Assembly: GCA_973895155.1 (NCBI GenBank)
Contig: OZ316893.1
Coordinates: 9,925,660 to 9,989,659 of the forward strand
Length of the DNA: 64,000 nt
DNA from: Marsupella aquatica
Lineage: Eukaryota; Plantae; Marchantiophyta
Reading direction: 5' to 3'
Of the stretch, positions 61,351 through 64,000 are shown piece by piece; position 1 is the stretch's first letter; every line of letters starts with the position of its first letter. A program made the translations under genes and the position numbers. Below the pieces are notes generated by a model. It did no database searches, was not told the DNA's origin, and worked only from the letters and a program-made list of their open reading frames with translations.

Positions 61351-62500
61351 TTTGGCCACATCCTTCTTGCAAGGAGAAATTCGAGTATTGCTCTCCCAGT
61401 ATTGTTCCATAATCTTTCGCACCTCAATAGAAATCTTGTCACTCCTAACCTTTCGGTCACCGGTAGGATATCTCAATGCTGCATCCTTATCAAGCTGTTT
61501 CCTCATTGCACCTGCTTTGTGGATGTTTTGACATTTGACACCCAAAGTTGTGGCCAATGAGGTCTGGTATCTACTCCCTACTATGGACTCTCCTACCAGC
61601 GATATCAAGAGCCCTCTCTTCATGGCTAGATGATCTTTGCGTCTAGCTGATTTCACAATTTTTAGAGATTTAACAAGGTCAATCATGGCAGACCCTACAG
61701 ATGCATCTAGCCTTGCACACCCAAGCGCTACAGGCTAGTATTGTCTCAAAGCACTATGCAACCAAAATCTCTCCATAACTAGCTTTCTAGCAGCCACATT
61801 AAGGTCTTTCATTTGACTCATTAAAACCCTAATGAAATTGGAAACTAATCTATTGATGCACTATCGCTTCCGGTTTGGGATAGGATCACCGTGGTCACTA
61901 CATACCCCCGTTCTCTTCATGCGGGTGCAAGATTGGTGCTCCTCTTGGTATTGAGCTCGTTTCCTTGCTGTGTCTCTTCTCCGAAATGCTACAGCCTTGT
62001 CCAAATCATGAAATTGAAACTCTGGCTCATCAATAGACACTGCGAGTTGTGCATTCAATGCTTGGAGACGTGCTTCCCTTCTGCCTATGGTTGCATTCAA
62101 AACACAGACTCTTTCCTTGCCTTTAGCAACTTCCTCTTGCAAGTTTGAAAGCATGGTGTGTAACAACGGAGCAACCTCACTCTGTGCTTGGGCAGTGATT
62201 TCTCGTATGTCATCCATAGCAGCCATCTTTAGCGCCTCGCATTGTTGATTCACACCACGAAGCAATTGCTGCCCTTCTTGCTCTGCCTCAGTGAGCATGT
62301 TTTCACATTGTAACTCTGCATCCGCAAGCATATCCAAACCTTGTTGCTCCGCATCTGCAAGAATGTCATTACAGTGCTACTCTGCATCCGCAAGAACCTC
62401 ATTCTCCCAATTGCACTGAGTGGTTGCATCTTTTTTCTTCCTCTCAGATTGATCGTAGTATTTCTGACGCCTTCTTTGGTTATGAGCCTCTCTCTTTATC
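61309..62500 (-). pseudogene. Degenerate DNA-transposon ORF, resembling the N-terminal part of Sola2-type transposases
   Basis: One reading frame broken by TAG stops links track ORFs 62337-61861 and 61686-61309. It has 11-aa LADAE coiled-coil repeats, then RKVRSDKI...EQYWESNTRISPCKKDV, and is truncated. The family assignment rests on motif recall only. Confidence 0.5.
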
Positions 62501-63883
62501 CCCTGGGCCCTAAGTGTTACTAATACAGGGAGGACGTGCGAACATCGCAAGGGTGTTTTTAATGTAATGCAAACTAATTTTTATAATAGTTTTTAAAGTA
62601 GGCAACATCCATGTATATATATTCAGCACAATATTAGTAATAAGGCTCTTATCAAATACATGTCAGATTAATCTTATGCAAGGGTACCCAAAATGCCAAG
62701 TACACATGTCACTATATGGTTGGCACACATGTCATCACTTTACTTACGCACATGTTCATATAGTAAATCAGATATTTAATTATTTGTCGTCATAAGGCAA
62801 GTTTGGTTTCGTGGGCTTTAGGAACAGTGAGAGGATAGTGCAGCCATGCTTGTCTGTATACTACAGGAAGAACTATAATTCTCTGGTACTAATTTTGTTT
62901 AACTATATAAAATATGTACCCTAAACAAAGGCGTAACATACAAGTCCCCTATGCAAAATAAAGTCTTATCTATTTCAGTATGATATTTGCAATTTTAAAA
63001 ATTCAAGGATGTTTTCAATTCCTTGAAAAACTATATTATAATTTACAAAAGGATAAAATTTAATAGGAAAAGTTAATATTTTTACATTAACAAGGGGATT
63101 TTTTTTGTGAACAAAAATATTAAGAAGGGGTACATGGGGGGTGTCTGTTCTCAGGGGGGTTCACTTTATATAGTAAGAGTGAGGGCCCAGGGTCTTTATC
63201 CTTTCAAGTGCATCTTGAACTACGTTACTAAGAATCACCATCTCTCGTTGATGAACTTGAAAATAAGCTTTGTATGCGCCCGCCCTCTATGCACTCACCT
63301 CTACTCTAAATATCACTGACTTCTGAAATGGAATTGTTCATGAATAAGGAAGACTCTCAAGTGAAAGGAGGGATCTGAAAATAATGCAACATCAAACCTG
63401 ACCGTGTGCATTCTTTCAAGCGTTTCATCAAGAATGGGAATATTGAAAGCATTACGTGTTGTGCCTTGAGCTTTGGATACAGAGTCCGACGCAACATTCA
63501 AAATAAGTCACGAAGCTCCAAAGGAGTCATCGGGCAACAGTGGTTGCAACAGTCCTTGTTTTGGATTTAGCATAAAGTTTGGGATATCTTAATTGATATT
63601 TTGAATTTTGAACCATCCTAAAACCGGCGTCTATAATCAAACAAAGATCCTTAATCACTAACAACTGGCTTTTGGGGCCACCACTTCGCTTTAGAGGGGT
63701 ACATTCAATGCATATTTGGACTCAAATTCAAATCTGACCTTTGGATGGGCACGAAACAGATCTGGGCCCTTCGATGTCACATTTTGGTCACTGGAGAATA
63801 CTCTGAGAATTAGTTCAAGGACCCAAGTCCTTTTGGTGGAGAAATTGGAGATCCTTTTAGTACCCCTCTAGCTTGCTTTTGAC

Positions 63884-64000
63884 CTTGAGTATGTACATAG
63901 TGATGTGTGGGGACCAGCCCCTACTCCCTCACACTCTGGATGGTTATACTATGTCACGTTCATAGATGATTACTCAAGGTATGTGTGGATATACTTTCTA
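63884..64000 (+). pseudogene. Copia integrase fragment running off the window edge
   Basis: [39 protein letters not shown], closely similar to the integrase at ~37320-37435. Confidence 0.88.

Overview
Eukaryotic land-plant nuclear DNA, probably a bryophyte such as a liverwort (inferred from the gene families and gene architecture, not proven). There are four host genes: an 'AYLQP'-motif protein (8550-9254 +), a 4-exon GH9C endoglucanase with CBM49 (16208-12320 -), a Vps62/DUF946 protein (~49610-47733 -) and an intronless mitochondrial phosphate carrier (55213-56436 +). The centre of the window is a nested transposon stack with readable boundaries. A non-coding, palindrome-rich TIR element (24197-43836) contains a full-length Ty1/copia LTR retrotransposon (24536-40621 -, 385-bp LTRs, AACTA TSD). 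The copia RT is split by a 9.66-kb CACTA/En-Spm element (25997-35652, GCT TSD). The main finding is that this CACTA carries an open SET-domain (lysine methyltransferase-like) exon. It lies between the Zn-binding first exon and the transposase body, and phase-compatible splice sites let the same first exon join either the SET exon or the transposase. This is a candidate transposon-encoded chromatin-writer or anti-silencing system. MITEs, hairpin satellites and degenerate TE ORFs fill the rest. All calls come from reading the sequence by eye; no searches were run.
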